Source: Eledone cirrhosa (Eukaryota). Taken from it: a stretch of 64,000 nucleotides of DNA. The notes beneath the pieces were generated by a model. The model made no database searches. It saw nothing but the letters and a program-made list of their open reading frames with translations, and had not been told where the DNA came from. Of this stretch, positions 41,354 through 57,081 are shown piece by piece. Within the stretch, counting starts at the first letter, position 1, and each line of letters starts with the position of its first letter. The DNA lies in the NCBI GenBank assembly GCA_964016885.1, contig OZ024762.1, positions 14,818,001-14,882,000 of the forward strand, in the 5' to 3' direction. A program made the translations under genes and the position numbers.

Positions 41354-42354
41354 GGATGTCCCCAAAAAATGTATACACACTTCAACAGCAAAAAAATGCA
41401 TTGAAATAAATTCAATTTTATTTGCATTATTTAAATTATGTAAAGATTTTTTTACATACAATTGAATTATGCCTGCATCATTTTATTTTTGGGGAAAGGC
41501 GGTGCATTCTAAAAGATATTACCTATACAGGTATCAAAGTGTGTATACATTTTTCTGGGACACCCTTTATTATGAATATATTCGTTGCAGACGTCTCTGC
41601 CCACGTTTTTCCATATCATAAGCTATTTTATCCGGTTTTCTCAACTGTTATAGTGTTCAACTATTACTACAGTCATTAACGTTGGCACATATATATATAT
41701 ATGTGGGGGGGGGCGTGTGTGTGTGCCCCAGCATGGCCTCAGCTTGTCGACTGGAGCACGTTATAGAGTAATATATATATATACGCTCTGTTCTTATGAT
41801 ACATTTTATTTCTTTAAGTGTGTATATTTATCTAAAGACCTTATCAATCTATTTATCTCAAGACAGTTATCAATCTTATGTAAGATCCTTTGTTAGGTTA
41901 TGTTCCAAACACCAGCTCAATAACATGAACGTTAGTTATTTTACTTTCATCCATCCCCAAAAATTCTTCATAATTTTCAAAACTATTTGAAAATTGCAGG
42001 CCGTAGAGAAGGGGTTAATTTGATCGCTGATTCCCTGGTGAAAGCTAAAGACGGGCTGGTTGTGGCTAGAATGCCCTTTGCTAATTCAGAAGTGTTGCTC
42101 AATAAAAGCCAAGTCCGATTTGGAGTTAATTTCGGCACAAAGCCAGCAATTGTTTCTTTGTTGTTATTTTTTTAGGGGGAGAGGGGTGGAAATCGATCAT
42201 ATCGATCTCTGTACATTGGTACTACCACTTTATCGATCGCAGAGAGAAAGATGAAAGGTAAAATGTTGACCTCAACGGGGTTTGAACTCAGGGTGTAAAA
42301 AGAATCAGTAAGCATTTTTTGCCCGACGATCTAACGATACTGCATGATCACAAG

Positions 42355-42990
42355 AGAGCATTACATGTAGTCACAGGCAGAGCTAGAAACAGCAGTTAAA
42401 ACCTGCCTCTTAAATAACAATCAGAGATGGTCCAGCGTGGAGTTAGCAATAGCAAAATAGCCTACATGTAGTCACAGAACGTGCTAGAAACCACAGCTAA
42501 AACCTGTTTCTTGAATAACAGTAGCCTACATGTAGTCAAAGAGCATGCTAGAAATGATAGCAAAAACCTGCCTCTTAAATAACAGTAGCCTACATGTAGT
42601 CATACAACATGCTAGAAATGATAGCTAAAACATGCTTCTTGAATAGCAGTAAGAAATAACCTATATGTAGTCATATAAGTTGCTAGAAATAATAGTTAAA
42701 ACCTGTCTCTTAAATAAGAAAATAGCCTATATGTAGTCACAGGACGTGCTAAAAATAGCAGCTAAAATCTGTCTCTTAAATAACATTAACATATTAGCAG
42801 ATATGTAGTCACTGAATATGCTAGAAACAATAGCTAAAACCTGCTTCTGAAATAACAGTATCAAGATAACCTATGTGCAGGAACAGAACGTGCTAGAAAT
42901 AGCAGTTAAAACCTGCCACTTGAATAACAGTAAAATAGTCTATATGTAGTCATATAAAAGGCTAAAAATGGAGGCTGAAGCCTGCCTCTC
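42355..42990. repeat. Degenerate 64-73 bp tandem repeat
   Basis: TACATGTAGTCA..GCTAGAAA..AAAACCTG recurs about 9 times. Confidence 0.85.
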
Positions 42991-43039
42991 AAACAACTAT
43001 CTCGCCATTAAAGACACTGTATAATGTTAAATAGTCCCC

Positions 43040-43088
<49 letters not shown>

Positions 43089-43388
43089 TGATCATAACTG
43101 TTTCTACTTTTAGCACAAGGCCAGCAATTACCCAGTGCATTACTGGTACTTTATTTTATCGACCCCGTAAGGATGAAAGGCAAAGTCAACCTCGGCGGGA
43201 TTTCAACTCAGATCGTAATAAATATATGTATATATTTATATGTATATATTTATATGCATATATTTATATGCATATATATATATGTGTGTGTGTGTGTGGA
43301 TAAATATGTATATATTCATGTATATATATTTATATTTATCTGTGTATATAATATATATGAATATATATATGTGTGTGTGTGTGTATAT

Positions 43389-43422
<34 letters not shown>

Positions 43423-43481
43423 GTGCGTGTGTATATGTTTATGTATATATTTATATGTACATATATGTATATGTCTATCTT

Positions 43482-43542
<61 letters not shown>

Positions 43543-43926
43543 CAGGGTGTCCCAAAAATGTATACACGCTTCAACAGTATTCTAATAAAAAATGTGTATA
43601 CATTTTTTGGGGACAGGCTATATATTTATATATATATGTATGTATATATATATATATATACACATATATATACAACTACAACAAAAACGAGAAACAGCGA
43701 TGACGACCGTATGACTAATCGATGATTGTCTTATCGATACGTGTAACTAGATAGAGTGAAAGACACGGTAGGAGGGGGAGAAAGAAGAGGCTGGGTTAAA
43801 GTCCCCTTAGACCCGCCCATATGATCGAATTACTAGAAAATAGGGAATTTGGGGCGTATCTGCTGCCGAACTCCCTTTTATAGCCTTTTCTCTGTATCTC
43901 TTCATATATTGTGAGTTTATTATGTA

Positions 43927-44010
<84 letters not shown>

Positions 44011-44082
44011 TATATATATATATATAATATAAATATATATATATATATATATATATGCATATATATATATATAATATAAATA

Positions 44083-44149
<67 letters not shown>

Positions 44150-44237
44150 TATATATGCATATATATATATATATATGCATATATATATATATATATGCAT
44201 ATATATATATATATGCATATATATATATATATATATA

Positions 44238-44296
<59 letters not shown>

Positions 44297-44489
44297 ATAT
44301 ATATATATATATATAATATATATATAATATGTATAAACATATAATATATATATATATATATATAAATATATGTATATATATATATATATATAACAGTCAA
44401 TATATATATATATATATATGAGTTATATATGTATAATTACATATACACACAGAGAGAAATACACACGTATCTATCTATCTATCTGTCTA

Positions 44490-44613
<124 letters not shown>

Positions 44614-44673
44614 GAGAGAGAGAGAGAGAGAGAGAGAAATATACACGGGTGTGTATGATTGTGTATAGAAGAT

Positions 44674-45255
44674 TATATTAATAAAAGGAATTCCAACTTT
44701 GTCTGATTTACTCGTTTTATTTACAATCCTTTTAAATTGAAAATATTAGAATGAAATAGTATGGTAGAATATTAAATGTTAAGTGTTAATTGAACAAGTA
44801 CTTTCATGCTTTCGCAATTTTCAGGTTCATATTGTGTGGTGACAGTCAAGTTTGCAATTTTCAACTGTTGAAAATTGCAAACTTGTCTGTCACCACACAT
44901 TATGAACCTGAAAATTGCGAAAGCATGAAAGTACTTGTTCAATTAACACTTAACATTTAATTGTTTCTACTTTAGGCACAAGGCCAGCAATTACCCAGTG
45001 CATTACTGGTACTTTATTTTATCGACCCCGTAAGGATGAAGGGCAAAGTTAACCTCGGTGGGATTTGAACTCAGATCGTAAAGGGACGTAACTATGCTGG
45101 AAAGCATGGCGTCCGATCCTCTACCGATACTGCCAATTAACACTTAACATTTAATATTCTACCATACTATTTCATTCTAATACCATTATAAATTTTAAAG
45201 GATTGTAAATAAAACGAGTAAATCAGACAAAGTTGGAATTCCTTTTATTAATATA
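44674..45255. mobile_element. Long fold-back element (family D) with a variant HHR in each arm, interrupted by a SINE
   Basis: About 190-bp arms centred on 44866. GAAC CTGAAAA TTGCGAAAGCAT GAAAGTACTT GTTC at 44904-44940 and its mirror at 44792-44828. Confidence 0.75.
44961..45134 (-). mobile_element. tRNA-derived SINE with a 20-22 bp TSD
   Basis: TSD AATTAACACTTAACATTTAA at 44941-44960 and 45135-45154. Confidence 0.9.
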
Positions 45256-45472
45256 TATATATACATGATGATGGCTGCCCCCTCGTTATCGAGTATGGCC
45301 ATTGCACGATATACCATTATTAATAAGGATTAATTAATTCTATCGTGCAATGCCTGTGCGTGAAGATATTTTTTAAAGTGAGGAAAGACTGTGCACTGAG
45401 CCAATCCCACTCTCTGAGCGACAGTAGCTGTAACCCGAAAAGAAGAAAAGATCAAGATCATCGGTAACTACA

Positions 45473-45568
<96 letters not shown>

Positions 45569-45720
45569 CATACATATATATATAACAGAGAAGACCCGCC
45601 ATACCTAAATATATAGTAAAACCTACTCCAGCCAGTAGGCATCTCTAACAAAATACAACCCGTCCCACCACCACCACCACCCCCACCCCATCCACACCAC
45701 CCCGTTCTATGTAAAGTTAT

Positions 45721-46011
45721 GTTGGTGCCACACCATCCAGGCCGAAACAAATGAGGTCGTGTAGGTGTCACGACAAAAAACACACAGTCCACGCTGTAAT
45801 GTGGCCGTGTAGGCAACACGGTAAAAACCTCCCAGACCCACACTGTAAATGTGGTTGGTGTTAGGAAGGGCATCCAACTGTAGAAAACCTGCCAGACAGT
45901 CCTATGCGAGCAATGGCAACCAATCTTGCCTCAAGTGGGACTACCCCCGTCCAAACCCATGCAAGCGTGGAACACGGACGTTAAACGTTGATGATGATGA
46001 TGATGATGATG

Positions 46012-46013
<2 letters not shown>
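45721..46013 (+). mobile_element. RTE-related 3' UTR copy, second subfamily
   Basis: GTGTTAGGAAGGGCATCCA..CCCATGCAAGCGTGGAA..(GAT)n; sister copy at 48345-48573. Confidence 0.7.
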
Positions 46014-46069
<56 letters not shown>

Positions 46070-46100
46070 ATACATATATATATATATATACATATATATA

Positions 46101-46280
46101 ACAATATTAAATAAATGGAAAACTATATTTATAAAACCATATTTATTTCACTATATATATTTCGGGGATATCATATTAACAATATGCTATGCCTTCATCA
46201 GACAGAATACAATATAAACAGTGCTTTTATATCAGTTATAAATATTTACTAGTTGTACCCCAACAATTTTAAATATAACT
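46101..46280. mobile_element. Family C-like HHR element, diverged and rearranged
   Basis: Minus strand CTGATGA..GAAATATATATA, followed by a plus-oriented tail. Confidence 0.6.
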
Positions 46281-46366
46281 TTACATGTATACATATATAT
46301 ATATATATTTCTTTATTGGCCATGTATGTATATATACATATTTACATACATTTACATATATATATA

Positions 46367-46553
46367 ATTGTTTCTACTTTTGGCACAAGGCCTGCAAATA
46401 CCGAGTGTATTACTGGTACTTTATTTTATCGACCCAGTAAGGATGAAAGACAAAGTTAACCTCGGCGGCATTTGAACTCAGAATGGCAAGGGCCGTAACT
46501 CTATGCGTCAAAGCATGGCGTCCGACCCTCTACCGATACTGCCAATCCACCGC
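46367..46553 (-). mobile_element. Full-length tRNA-derived SINE
   Basis: Same family, with A and B boxes. Further copies at about 8083-8240(-), 17489-17546(-), 25616-25780(+), 28425-28555(+), 42130-42345(-), 43095-43216(-), 55640-55790(-) and 57747-57885(-). Confidence 0.85.
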
Positions 46554-46902
46554 ATATAATGAAACACAACAGTCACTTGGCAAGCACTTTGTGCTAGATG
46601 TTTCAGGAGAGGTATTAACATCCCTATCACTTTCAGCAGAGTGTTGACAAGTCGATCAGTAGTCACACACCAGCTGTCTATGGTTAGGTACCTATATACC
46701 TTCGAAAATACGGCAGCAAATTATTGAATTAATTTACATAAATTTAAAATGAAAATACATGACGTTGGCCGAAGTGCCAAAACAGGGGAAGTTAAAGCAA
46801 GTGAAAAGGTCTAGAATTTACAGAATAGAATGTTACAATCAAGGGATAATTAAATTAAATATCTTTCTAATAGAAACCCCGTCATTTTGCCGGGTAATAT
46901 GG

Positions 46903-46967
<65 letters not shown>

Positions 46968-47134
46968 TATATATGATATATATCACACATACACACACAT
47001 ATATATATTATATATATATATACATGAATACATATATATGTAAATGTAATGTATACACATATATATATATGTATATATATACATATATATATAGATGTAA
47101 TCTATACATACACACACACATATACATACATACA

Positions 47135-47191
<57 letters not shown>

Positions 47192-47192
<1 letters not shown>

Positions 47193-47309
47193 TAGGAGAA
47201 AGTATAACCCCGACGGCAGAGCTCAAGCCGTTTCGACGGCTATTGCTGGACTATTGAGTACTCTGGTGCGTTATGGCCCATCTGAATCCTTACCACATTT
47301 CCTTCGTTA
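47192..47309. mobile_element. Rearranged family B element
   Basis: Minus-oriented HHR half joined to a plus-oriented tail (TATTGAGTACTCTGGTGCGTTATGG). Confidence 0.7.
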
Positions 47310-47328
47310 TATATATATATATATATAC

Positions 47329-47383
<55 letters not shown>

Positions 47384-47394
47384 CATATATATAC

Positions 47395-47425
<31 letters not shown>

Positions 47426-47426
47426 C

Positions 47427-47477
<51 letters not shown>

Positions 47478-47583
47478 TATAAACATATATATAAACATAT
47501 ATATATATATACATATAATATATATATACATATAATACATATATACATACATATACATATAATATATATATAATATATATATA

Positions 47584-47783
47584 NNNNNNNNNNNNNNNNN
47601 NNNNNNNNNNNNNNNNNNNNNNNNNNNNNNNNNNNNNNNNNNNNNNNNNNNNNNNNNNNNNNNNNNNNNNNNNNNNNNNNNNNNNNNNNNNNNNNNNNNN
47701 NNNNNNNNNNNNNNNNNNNNNNNNNNNNNNNNNNNNNNNNNNNNNNNNNNNNNNNNNNNNNNNNNNNNNNNNNNNNNNNNNNN
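47584..47783. other. Assembly gap (200 N)
   Basis: Run of N. Confidence 1.
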
Positions 47784-47908
47784 TAAAAAAAATATATGTG
47801 TGTATGTGTGTGTGTGTGTGTGTGAGTGTCTGTGTGAATGAAGACAGACATAAATATGTCTTCAAGAAACCACTGGTAATGAAATAATTATCTTATGTTG
47901 TTTATTAC

Positions 47909-47957
<49 letters not shown>

Positions 47958-47962
47958 GAGGT

Positions 47963-48258
47963 AAATATTTTTATAACTGATATAAAGCACTCAACAAATT
48001 ATTGGAGTAAATATACAATATATTAACAAATGGAAACTATATTTATAAAACCATATTTATTTTATTATACATATTTCAGGGGCCACCAAGGCAAACTATG
48101 GTGCGCTGTCATCAGATAAAATATAATATAGGTTAGTTTTATAAATAAATATTGACATACCCTTAAAAAATGCAACCATTCTGGTTGGAATCTCCTGGTG
48201 GCCCTTGAAATATGTATAATAAAATAAATATTGTTTTATAAATATAGTTTCCATTTGT

Positions 48259-48260
<2 letters not shown>
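47963..48260. mobile_element. Family C HHR element with inverted duplication
   Basis: Minus-strand HHR (core 48109-48115; stem I TTTTAT/ATAAAA); plus-strand partial copy 48196-48260. Confidence 0.75.
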
Positions 48261-48294
<34 letters not shown>

Positions 48295-48312
48295 TATACA
48301 ATATATTATTTG

Positions 48313-48344
<32 letters not shown>

Positions 48345-48345
<1 letters not shown>

Positions 48346-48573
48346 CAAAAGAACACACAGTCCACGCTGTAATGTGGCCGTGTAGGTAACACGGTAAAAA
48401 CCTGCCAGTCCACACTGTAAACGTGGTTGGTGTTAAGGAAGGGCATCCAGCCGTAGAAAACCCGCAGACAGTCCCTATACGAGCAGGACAACCAATCTTG
48501 CCTCAAGTGGGAAAACTCCCGTCCAAACCCATGCAAGCGTGGAAGATGGACGTTAAACGATGATGATGATGAT
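48345..48573 (+). mobile_element. RTE-related 3' UTR copy, second subfamily
   Basis: Aligns with about 45775-46013. Confidence 0.7.
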
Positions 48574-49028
48574 ATATATATATTTGTATATATATATATT
48601 TATATATAATAAACAACATAAGATAATTATTTCATTTACCAGTGGTTTCTTGAAGACATATATTTATGTGTTATATATATATATATATATGTATATAAAA
48701 AAAAACATGAGAAGAAAGAAGAACACTGCGTGGTTTCCACATGGGTTACATATGATAAAAATAGTCCTTCGTCAGTGATTTTCCAACCATCATTGGTATT
48801 ACATCGCATTAAAAATCAGATACCTCAGGTTGGTGCGAGCAATAACTAAAAAAAGTTATTGGGACCAGAATTCGCGTAAGGCGAGGGGGACAAGTAAACA
48901 ACATAGAAGGATAAAAGCAAACCGAAGATAGGAAAATAAACAAGCAACATGGTTGTCCGGTCAGCATGAGCTGGGTGGATTTCATGAGCGAGAGAGGTAC
49001 AGACCGTGTTGATGTGTGTGAGATGTGA

Positions 49029-49069
<41 letters not shown>

Positions 49070-49123
49070 CGTTTCTGAATTTGTTTAGCAAGATTCTTTA
49101 TCTGAAATCGTGTGTTGAAACCG

Positions 49124-49448
49124 ATATTGTTATACTTTTGGAGGGTCATGTTGCCAATAAGAAACACACGCACCAGTTGCTTTCACTTCAATTTATTATA
49201 TATTTATAAATTTATAAATTTACAAATCTACAAACTTATAAATTTCTGGTTGGTTGGTTGGTTCCACAACCAGATAGTTGTTTATATAACAACTATCTGG
49301 TTGTGGAACCAACCAACCAACCAGAAATTTATAAGTTTGTAGATTTGTAAATTTATATATTTATAAATATATAATAAATTGAAGTGAAAGCAACTGGTGC
49401 GTGTGTTTCTTATTGGCAACATGACCCCCTCCCAAAGTATAACAATAT
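49124..49448. repeat. About 160-bp-arm near-perfect palindrome (family E)
   Basis: Arms centred near 49285; the terminus resembles 54864-54940 (..TGACTCTCCCCAAGTATAACAATATA). Confidence 0.85.
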
Positions 49449-49744
49449 ATATATATATAATAAATCAGGAAAGAAGATTGACATGGTTGCTATACAAAAA
49501 AGGTTCATCCACTACCCGGAATACCAAACTGGAACAAGGCCAACCCACCACCACCACACCACAGCCCACCTCATCCACAGACCGTCACCAACATCTCACC
49601 ATCACACCCACCCCCATATACACTACAGGCCAGTACATCGCCTTGATCCTTCTCACCAATCAAAACATCTCATTTTGTCAAACTCTTGAAACTCTGACTT
49701 TACCACATAGCATGTATTTTCATTTTCTTATAGCATTTTAAGAG

Positions 49745-49840
49745 GGTCCGTCGAGCTGCCGATTATTGAGTCGGGTAGGATCGATATAGATCGAACCTTG
49801 AGCTGATCAGTGGCGAAAACGCGCGTCACCTATCAATAAA
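49745..49840 (+). ncRNA. Degenerate HHR in a probable PLE 3' remnant
   Basis: GGT CCGTCGA(~CTGACGA) GCTGCCGAT...ATCAGTGGC GAAA ACGCGCGT C ACC, followed by AATAAA. Confidence 0.45.
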
Positions 49841-51002
49841 TGCAATGAAGGAATAATCAGAACAGATATTAAGAAAGGCATCCCAATCCGATGGTCATTC
49901 TATTTTCCCCCTGGTCATTACATGGTCATTCACTTCACCGGACGCAACTCTTGGGGAGAACATCGCCATTTTTTTCCCGGTGACAGGAGGTGGCTTTGAA
50001 CTCGGATGTACAGAACCAGAACAGGTATTTTTTAAAAAAAGGTCCCAGTCCGACTATTTAACGACCGCCATCACCCACCCACCACCACCACCACTACATC
50101 ACACTCCACCACCACCACCACCGAATCACCACTCCACCTCCACCATCAGCCCCACCAGATCACCCCCCACCCCAGCCCACCAGAACACTACTCCAACACC
50201 ACCACCACACCACCTCCACCGCCAGATCCTCACTCCACCACACCATCACCACCACCCCACTGCCACCACCACATCACCACTCCGCCGCCACCACCACATC
50301 ACCACTCAACCGCGTCCACCACCACCACCAGATCCTCACTCCAACCACCACCACCCCACTGCCACCACCACTCCACCGCCGCCGCCACCACCACCACCAC
50401 CCCACTGCCACCACCACCCTACTGCCACCACCACATCACCAATCCACCGCCACCACCACCAGATCCTCACTCCATCACACCACCACCACTCCACCACCAC
50501 CCCACTGCCACCACCACCACCACCACACCACCACCCCACTGCCACCACCACATCACCACCCCACTGCCACCACCACATCACCCCCCCCCCCCACTGCCAC
50601 CATGCCCCCCCCCCCCCACTGTCACCCCCACACCACCACCACCACCACTGCCCCCCCCCCCCACTGTCACCATGGCCACACCACCCCCCCACTGTCACCC
50701 CACCCCCACTGTCACCATGACCACACCACCACCCCACTGTCACCACCACCACCACCACTGCCCCCCCCACTGCCACCACAAGTACGGTACTTTACTATCG
50801 ACCACCCAAAGACCTTAAATTTGAAATATCTAAGAGGTTATTGACCCCATCACACCGGCTCTGACCCCTGAGAGCAGTCAACTGGAGCCAATACCGCCAA
50901 CAATTCTATCTTTATATCAGAGAGCCGAGGGGTCACTCACCTCTTTGATTTTTTTTTCTAAGGGATATATATATTATATATTATATACACACACATATAT
51001 AT

Positions 51003-51104
<102 letters not shown>

Positions 51105-51200
51105 TACACACACATATATATATATAATATACACACACACATACATATATATATACACATACACACACATATATATATATATACACACATATATATATAT

Positions 51201-51231
<31 letters not shown>

Positions 51232-51624
51232 TATACATATATATATATACACATACACACACATATATATATATATATACACACACACATATATATATAT
51301 ATTATATACACATATATATATATACACACACACTCATATATATATTATATATTATATACATACACACACATATATATATACACACACACACACATACATA
51401 TATATATACACATACACACACATACATATATATGATATACACATACACATATATTATATACACACCACACATACACATACATATATATATTATATACACA
51501 TACACACATATATATATTATATACACACACACACATATATATACACACACACACATGCACATAACATATATATATAATATATATGTGGAAATATCCAAGA
51601 GAAAGAGCACTCAGTCCGTAGGAC

Positions 51625-51997
<373 letters not shown>

Positions 51998-52016
51998 ATA
52001 TATATTTATTTATGTA

Positions 52017-52057
<41 letters not shown>

Positions 52058-52158
52058 GTATATGTATATATATATGTATATTTATATATATATATATATT
52101 TATATATGTATATTTATATATATATATATATTTATATATGTATATGTATATATATGTA

Positions 52159-52210
<52 letters not shown>

Positions 52211-52284
52211 TGTGTATGTATACATATATATATATATATTTATATATATATACTTATATATGATATATAAAATAAATGTGTGTG

Positions 52285-52346
<62 letters not shown>

Positions 52347-52568
52347 TATCGTCTTAAATACCTCATTGCTTTGTTCTGGTCATCTGAGTTCAAATCCCGG
52401 TGGTTCATATTTGATGAGGGCCCAAGTATTGGTGGTTCGGGCGTGAATGGCACGGATGGTTAAGTTGTCAGGGTGTTCACTTCACAACGAGGTTTGGTCT
52501 CACTAGTCGAGAGTAGCACCGTGGTCAAGTGTCTTCTACTATAATGCTCCTTACAATGCATAATTCCT

Positions 52569-52617
<49 letters not shown>

Positions 52618-52861
52618 TCACTTATACACACACAAGCACACACAAGCACACACACACAAGCACACACTTACACGCACACTCACTCATACACACACAATCA
52701 CACACACAATCACACAAGCACACACTCACACACACACAAGCACACACTCACACGCACAACTCACTCATACACACACACACACAATCACACAACCACACAC
52801 TCACTCACACACACTCACATACACACACACACACACACAATCACACACACACACACACAAG

Positions 52862-52895
<34 letters not shown>

Positions 52896-53370
52896 CATAT
52901 AGGAACACACGAACACATACATACACATAGGAACACAGACACTCACACATAGGAACACAGGCACACTTACATACATAGGAACACACACACACTCACATAT
53001 AGGAATAGGAACACAGGCAGACACACGCATAGGAACACAGGCAGACACACACGCATAGGAACACAGGCAGATACACACACACATAGGAACACAAGCAGAG
53101 ACACACACACACATAGGAACACAGGGAGACACATACACATACATAGGAACACACACACACACATAGGAACACAGGCAGATACACACACACATAGGAACAC
53201 AAGCAGAGAGACACACACACATAGGAACACAGGGAGACACACACACACACACAGTAACACAGGGAGATACACACACACATAGGAAACACAGGCAGACACA
53301 CACACACAGAGTAACACAGGGGAGACACACACAAACACAGGAGACTCACACACACACAGAAACACAGGGA

Positions 53371-53410
<40 letters not shown>

Positions 53411-54609
53411 CACAGGCAGATACACGCACACATATATATATATATTATACAGGTACAATTACACACACACACACATACACATAGAAACAGAGACGCACAC
53501 ACACATATATACAGGGCACAGACACACACACACATGTACATGCACACACACATAGACATAAAATACGCACATACTACACACGCACAATTCACACACACAC
53601 ACTCTCTTTCTCTCCCTCACACACACACTCTCTCTCTCTCTCTTTATTTCCCTCTCACACACACACTCTCTCTCTCTCTCCCTCAAACACACACACTCTC
53701 TCTCTCCCTCACACACACACACTCTCTCTCTCTCTCTCCCTCACACACCCTCTCTCTCCCTCACACACACACTCTCTCTCTCTCTCTCTTTATTTCCCTC
53801 TCACACACACACTCTCTCTCTCTCTCCCTCAAACACACACACTCTCTCTCTCCCTCACACACACACACTCTCTCTCTCCCTCACACACACACACACTCTC
53901 TCTCTCCTTCACACACACACACTCTCTCTCTCCCTCACACACACACATACTCTCTCTCTCTCCCTCACACACACACACACATACACTCTCTCTCTTTCCC
54001 CTCTCTCTCTCTTTCCCTCACACACAGCCACACACACACAACCACAGCCACACACACACACACAGCTGTACGAATTCCTTCGTTTCACTTAAAATGGTGT
54101 CACTGTTTAACCTATTTCCCGCTAATTCACCTTTTGCTGAGGGGAGTAGGGAGAGTAGTGTTGTAGAGTGGTGGGAGTAGCTGTAGCAGTGATGGTGGGA
54201 GTAGTGGTAGTGAGAGTAATTGTAGTGATGGTGGTGGGAGTAGCTGTAGTAGTGATGGCGGTAGCAGCAGTAGTAAGGGTTGTGGTGGGAGTAGTTGTAG
54301 TGATGGTGGTGGTGATGATGGTGGGGTGGAGGTGATGGATATGATGATGATGATGATGATGATGATGGTGTAGCTGATGGCGTTTTTCTCTTTCTTGTTG
54401 TTATTGTTACTATTTAGCCCCAGGTCAGTCCTCATTGAGCAGTTGTATGATCAAAGCTGTTCTAGCCGTCCCTCCTCCAACTTCCTCTCTCTCATATATA
54501 AAGAACGCGAAGAGTGGGAACAGGAGGAGGCACTCCCTCTCCCAAAGAAAGAAAGAGTATATGTTGAGAGAGAATCAATGGCGCATGAATGGTGATGAGG
54601 TTTCTATAA

Positions 54610-54654
<45 letters not shown>

Positions 54655-54950
54655 CAAATGTCGTAGACATTACAATGGAAGGAAACATAATAGTACCAAT
54701 GATGATGTTGCAGATGTGCGACGAAAGAACTTTGTTAGACTATATATATATATATGTATTTATATATGTATTTTTAACCGCTGGTCAATCAATGATAAAC
54801 ATTGATTGCCAAATAATTATTAACTGTGGAGATATAAAAGATACAGAACCGAAAACCAACCAAACAGTGAGTGTGTTCTGTTATTATTTCTGGCAATATT
54901 ATTACAACAGTATGACTCTCCCCAAGTATAACAATATATATATACATATA

Positions 54951-55469
<519 letters not shown>

Positions 55470-55779
55470 GAGCAACTCCTGATAGAGTCGTAGGGACGCC
55501 ATATTGACTGACATACAGCGTTTCTTGGGCATTTTAAGGCTGATGGAGCCCATCCTTCTCCAGGTCTGAGTACACCAGATTCCTTCTAGAGAAAGATAGA
55601 AAGTGAGAGAGAGGAAATGTGAAAGAGATATAGAGGAAGAATCAACACCAGTATTAGACTGGTACGTTTGTTTATATCGACCTCGAAAGGATGAAAGGCA
55701 AAGTTGACCTCGGCGGGATTTGAACTCAGAGAGCTGGAACGAATACCGTAAAGTATTCTATCTGATGTTCTAATTGACT

Positions 55780-56470
55780 GACCTCTGCTGCCCTGGACTG
55801 TCACAGAGGAGCGAAAGTTGACCCCAAATCAGACATTAACTGACCTCTTGTGTCCTTGGTCCCTTGACTGCCACAGAGGAGCGAAAGTTGACCAAAGACC
55901 AGATATTGACTAACCTCTGGTGGTCTTGGTCTCTCGACTTCCACAGAGGAGCGAAAGTTGACCAAATATCAGGCACTGACTGACCTCTTGTGTCCTTGGT
56001 CCCTTGACTGCCACAGAGGAGCGACCAAATACCAGATATTGACTAACCTCTGGGGGTCTTGGTCTCTCGACTTCCACAGAGGAGCAAAAGTTGACCAAAG
56101 ACCAGAGATTAACTGACCTCTGATGTCTTTGGTCCACGGACTGCCACAGAGGAAGTTGACCAAATATCAGGCACTGACTGATCTCTTGTGTCCTTGGTCC
56201 CTTGACTGCCACAGAGGAGCGACCAAATACCAGATATTGACTAACCTCTGGTGGTCTTGGTCTCTCGACTTCCACAGAGGAGCGAAAGTTGACCAAATAC
56301 CAGAGATTAACTGACCTCTGATGTCTTTGGTCCACGGACTGCCACAGAGGAAGTTGACCAAATATCAGGCACTGACTGACCTATTGTGTCCTTGGTCCCT
56401 GGACTGCTACAGGGGAGCGGAAGTTGACCAAATACCGGACAGTGACTGACCCCTGGTATTATTGGTTCCT
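55780..56470. repeat. About 66-bp tandem repeat with a 198-bp higher-order unit
   Basis: CCACAGAGGA..GTTGACCAAA subunits; near-identical ORFs at 55969 and 56167 are offset by 198 bp. Confidence 0.9.
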
Positions 56471-57081
56471 AGACTGTACCGAGGCGCAGAAAATGACCAA
56501 ATGCCAGGCATTAACTCATCGCTTCCTTTTACTGACGGTGGCCACCCTCAAGATCTCTGGTGTCCACGAGCTTCGGACTGCCACAGAAGAGCAAGCTGAC
56601 CAGATGCCTAGCATTGGTTGACCATTTCGGTTTATGCACTGGTCACTATAGAAAACTCTTGTGTCCTCAGTCCTTGGACTCCCACAAAGGAACAAGATGA
56701 CTAAATACAAGGCATTGATTCACTGTTTCCTTTTAGTGATGAACACTTTTAAGACCCCTGCCGTCCTTGGTCCCTGGACATTTGCCCTTATGCTTCCTCC
56801 AGCGTTTTTCATTTTAACGCAAGACCAGTATTTCCAATCACCATAAATCAACCACACAAAAAATCATTTAAACGAGGCTATAAGTTTAAAATATACTTAT
56901 GAAGAAACAATAGATAAATGATATAGTTTCTTATCCGCGACTTATAGCTACAAAAAATTTACCTAATATTTCTGATAGCCTGTAGAAATTGACTAGACAT
57001 ATAGTTAACCATACATAATTAGGTACAAAATCAAAGTTAGAAGAAAAAAATGTACATAAACCTTACCAAAATCATCAAAAT

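Noticed and set aside
48722-48780. Minus-strand CTGACGA..GAAACC
   Set aside because: Stem II and the cleavage triplet cannot be formed convincingly; at best a decayed remnant.
49980-50780. Pro/His/Thr-rich ORF; similar ORFs at 36920-37612
   Set aside because: Degenerate (CCA)n/(CAT)n simple repeats, open in several frames.
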